Positions 60,605 through 64,000 of a DNA stretch of 64,000 nucleotides are shown here, one piece after another (positions within the stretch are counted from its first letter, which is position 1; each line of letters starts with the position of its first letter). Source of the stretch: Blepharisma stoltei ATCC 30299 (taxonomy: Eukaryota; Protista; Ciliophora); the NCBI GenBank assembly GCA_965603825.1, contig CBFDEM010000058.1, positions 248,001-312,000 of the forward strand, in the 5' to 3' direction. Under the pieces are notes generated by a model, which was not told the origin of the DNA, did not search any database, and saw nothing but the letters and a program-made list of their open reading frames with translations. The translations under genes and the position numbers were made by a program.

Positions 60605-60814
60605 ATGGAGTTTCAAGTGGTATCAGAGCTCCGAGGAAAGGGCCAAGAAAACCATATTTTTCATGTATCATTTGAAAAGCCAATCTTAGAAGCAATAGAA
60701 ATCGCTCAAAATGATATCAATGACTATCTCACCTCAATAGTTGAATCATCCATTGAGCCAGACCCTCACAAAAAGCAAAAACATTCAGAAGAATCTGAAG
60801 AAGGTGACCAATAG
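60605..60814 (+). CDS. Candidate KEOPS subunit GON7-like (69 aa)
   Basis: N-terminal beta-like segment, helix AQNDINDYLTSIVE, acidic/KKQK tail. Confidence 0.5.
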   Translation: MEFQVVSELRGKGQENHIFHVSFEKPILEAIEIAQNDINDYLTSIVESSIEPDPHKKQKHSEESEEGDQ

Positions 60815-60841
60815 CTTAATTCTTAATTTTATTAAAATTAA

Positions 60842-62333
60842 ATGTCATTTTCTTTACGAGTACGAAAACTCACCCATGAAATTTCCAAACATCACAAACT
60901 TATGTTCCAGCTACTTAACTCACAAGAAAATAATGTAATTAATAAACAAGGAAGATGACTCAAAAATAACTATTGATAAGAAAACATATGAAGAAATCCT
61001 GAAAATTTCGACAAAATTGTTTGAAAAGGACTGCTTAATTAGCAACATGTATAGACAAAAAAGCAGATCAAAAATAAATATAATTACTATCTCACAGCTC
61101 AAAAGTGAATTATCTGAGATTAAAAAAATTGTTCAAAGTAGCACAATTAAAATGACGAAAGATTTAAAAAGATTGGGATTAATTTTGAGGGATTATAAAG
61201 ATAGATGCAAAGACAGCTTTATACAATTTTTGAAAAATTTAGATGTAGACTTGAGAAAATCTTTAAAGCCTTTAGTTCCCAGCGAAATTTTAGAGGAGCA
61301 GATTTCTTATAAACCTATAGCTGATATTGCTAGTTATACAGCCACATCAAAATCTATTAGCAATTTAGGTGACCCATCTTCAGATAGAAAAGACAGAGAA
61401 ATCACTGATACAAAAACCGAGATGCTAACTAAGCATATCCAACTACTAGTAAACACCTTAGAAGATGTCGCAAAAAAGCTTATAGAGATGACGAAAAAAA
61501 CTGAAAAATCCTACTATGAAATTGTTAACCCTAAAGTGCTAGACACAGAGCCGCCATCTCCATTGGCGGCACCATTTCCTGACTATTTTTCATTTGACGT
61601 CACAAATTTATCAGAAGAAAACAGAGAAAATTCGAAATGAGAAGACTTGACTATCATTGACGAATTAAGCAGAAAAAATATTTTGATGAAATTTGTAAGT
61701 AATGAAAGCTTGGATTCTATAAACCCTAAAAAAACAAAAGAAATTAAAGATAAAATTGAGAGACTACTCAATGAAAACGCAAAAGAAAATGAAATTTTGG
61801 AGCTGTTTAAAGAAGAAGAAATTCCTGTAACAAAAAGAGAACAGCTGGTGTTTGATATTATAAATTCTGGAAGGAAAGGAGATAACACAGTGACTTTGAC
61901 TGATTTAATTGAAGCTTCAAATGTAAACACAAAGAGAAATTTGGAATCGAATAGAAATAAAAGCAATTTTGAGGTTTCTGGAAGCAATTATTCACAGATA
62001 GTTAAGCAGATCCAGGGAAAAGAGTTAACTGATAAATTAGATGAATCAGTTGCTGATTTCAAATCATTAGACAGCTCGATCGACGAAAAAATGGTAAGAC
62101 CAATCGAAAGAAATAGAGAAAGAATAAAATCCGAAATGATTTTAAAATATTCTGAGCCAAGCATGAAAGTTTTGCCGCCTGTAAGTATTAAATCAAAAGG
62201 GAAAGAGCTCCAGACCAAAAAATCTTTAAAATGCATAAGGATCAGATCCGTAACACCAGGGAAGAAAATGAACGAAGAGTCAAAAAAATCAATAAAACGA
62301 TCTAAAACGCCATTTAGTAAAAAGAGGAAGTAA
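60842..62333 (+). CDS. Hypothetical protein
   Basis: ATG 60842, 16-nt intron 60935-60950, TGA 61638-61640. Confidence 0.7.
60935..60950 (+). other. 16-nt spliceosomal intron (AAG acceptor)
   Basis: gtaattaataaacaag; needed to restore the frame. Confidence 0.75.
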
Positions 62334-62464
62334 CTCTTTAAACTAATAAATTTGACTTTTTATAATCAAAATTATCTAACATATAGAGAAACACTATAAT
62401 ATTATTAGAAAATCAATTTATATTTTCTTGAAAATCAAAGGCCAGCTCAATATGAATAATTAAA

Positions 62465-63821
62465 ATGAGTCATAATATAAGAAGCTCAAGGTCTCGGTCT
62501 CGTAGCCCACTCAGAAGTATCCCACTCTTTCCACTGATCTTAGCAATCCCAAAATCAATTATAAACGCTGACTTCATAAAGCTTCAAGAAAAATTGGCAT
62601 CAAAATGCGAGGTGGATCGTCTCCACTTGGCATCAGAAACAAACTTGCCAAACTTCGATGAAGGCTTCCTCTACATCTATGGCCCATCTCTTAAAGGAAA
62701 AATCGAAATCCTTAAATCAATTCTTTCAGAAATTCAAAGAATTATTGACAGGCCCACTTTGGAACTAAAAATTCTGATCCCTGATAATTTAATTGAAGCT
62801 CTTACAGGCAAAGGCGGGAAATTATTAAATAAAATCCAAACAAATTCACATGCAACAATCACGATTGTTGAAGAAATAAAAAACCTCAGAGAGCGTCTTA
62901 TAAAAATTGAAGGCAGATCAGCTGATGTAGAATTGGCGATTAAAGAAGTTTATAGGCTTATTGTAGAAAGAAAATCAAATTCTGAGCCAAAATCAGTTCT
63001 CGACAAAACTTCAGCGAAATTTGTAATTCCTGGGGAATGCGTTGGATACTTGATAGGGAAAAATGGATTATTTACCAAGAGGCTTAAGGCGGATTATGAC
63101 GTAGAAATAAAAATTGTGAAAAATGAAGGACTGCCTTGTAAGGACAATGAACACATTGCGGTAAGAAATTATTCAGATGTTGTTAGGGAAATATCGCTAT
63201 GTGAAGACTGCGATTGAAATTGTTGTTGACAAAATTCTAGAAGCAATAGAGACTACATGCAGCCCAATTTCTGATTTGCTGGTAAGAATGCTTATACCTA
63301 CTCAAATGGTAAAAGAACTGATTGGCCCACAAGGATCAATAATTAAAGAAATTTCCAAAAAATCAGGAGGAGCGAAGATTAAGGTCATGTGTGACACTGA
63401 GACCGAAAAAATGCAGGATTTCACAATAGTTACAATCGATGGCTCTAGAGACTTAAAGCAAGAGGCAGCAATAAGAATTTATGAAGTTATCAGCAGAGGT
63501 CATAAACCTTCAAGCCCTTCTTCTAGAAGAAGCCGTGGATACTCTCCATCTCCACCAACTGATAATGTCAGCATTTTCGTCACAGTTCCTGATGCTCTTG
63601 TGTCAAGATTAATAGGAAGAAATGGAGACAATGTGAAAGGAATGATGAGTCGATCAAGAAGCCAAATGTCATTCCAAAAACAGCCTTCAACTGAATTAAA
63701 AACCCCAGAAAATGATAAAGCGAGACTTTGCACTTTTACAGGAAGCAGCTCTAGCATAGCTCGAGGAATAAAGACTTTACTAGACCAAATTATAAAATTA
63801 GAAAGCGGAAGATATGATTAG
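62465..63821 (+). CDS. Multi-KH-domain RNA-binding protein with RS-rich N-terminus
   Basis: GKGG, GKNG, GPQG, GRNG loops; 16-nt intron 63161-63176 joins the frames. Confidence 0.9.
63161..63176 (+). other. 16-nt spliceosomal intron
   Basis: gtaagaaattattcag; frame-restoring. Confidence 0.9.
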
Positions 63822-64000
63822 CTAACCCTAAATTATGTTAAATATAATGTTAAGTCTGATAATTTACAATCTGACTTAACATGCTGCGACTATTTTAATA
63901 GAAAATTATAATTTAGCCTAAATTCAAACAGCAAATTGCAATTCCAGTTTCGCTGCTGGAATCAGCTTCAGAGTCATGCACCCAAATGTGAGAATTCCAG

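Noticed and set aside
791-61640. In-frame TGA as selenocysteine or as pseudogene stops
   Set aside because: Positions match Trp, not Cys, in homologues and occur in many unrelated genes; no convincing SECIS seen
696-63757. Many 60-150 aa antisense or alternate-frame ORFs rich in F/S/L/I
   Set aside because: They are shadows of E/K-rich coiled-coil genes or of repeats on the other strand and have no motifs
63900-64000. Possible 3' end of a minus-strand gene at the window edge
   Set aside because: Too short to fix the frame or identity

Overview
This is a gene-dense, AT-rich eukaryotic window, not a prokaryotic one. Two signatures recur throughout. (1) In-frame TGA sits where homologues have Trp (kinase AVD-W-WSLG, G-W-SLGG hydrolase elbow, MBOAT FYQD-W-W-N, WD40 Trp positions, papain ID-W), while every real stop I resolved is TAA or TAG. 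(2) Spliceosomal introns are only 15-16 nt long (GT...AG). Together these point to the somatic (macronuclear) genome of a heterotrich ciliate, most likely Blepharisma (inference). The supplied standard-code ORF track is therefore fragmented. Re-read with TGA=Trp and tiny introns removed, the window holds about 41 protein genes, often only 10-60 nt apart. Notable points: a run of apparent pseudo-enzymes (GDH with catalytic Lys->His, two papain paralogues with Cys->Gly, a PRPP synthetase-like protein, an M14 carboxypeptidase-like protein, and a 1938-aa HIBCH-fold protein); a WD40/ankyrin/TRP-like channel; a 58-aa PNRC/Edc1-motif microprotein overlapping a long RNA hairpin; candidate GON7 and Nnf1 homologues; a bacterial-type alpha/beta hydrolase; an intron that needs a non-standard acceptor; and a zinc-knuckle ORF with no usable ATG. 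I saw no rRNA, tRNA, CRISPR array, telomere tract or intact transposon. All family calls come from motif recognition by eye, not from database searches.
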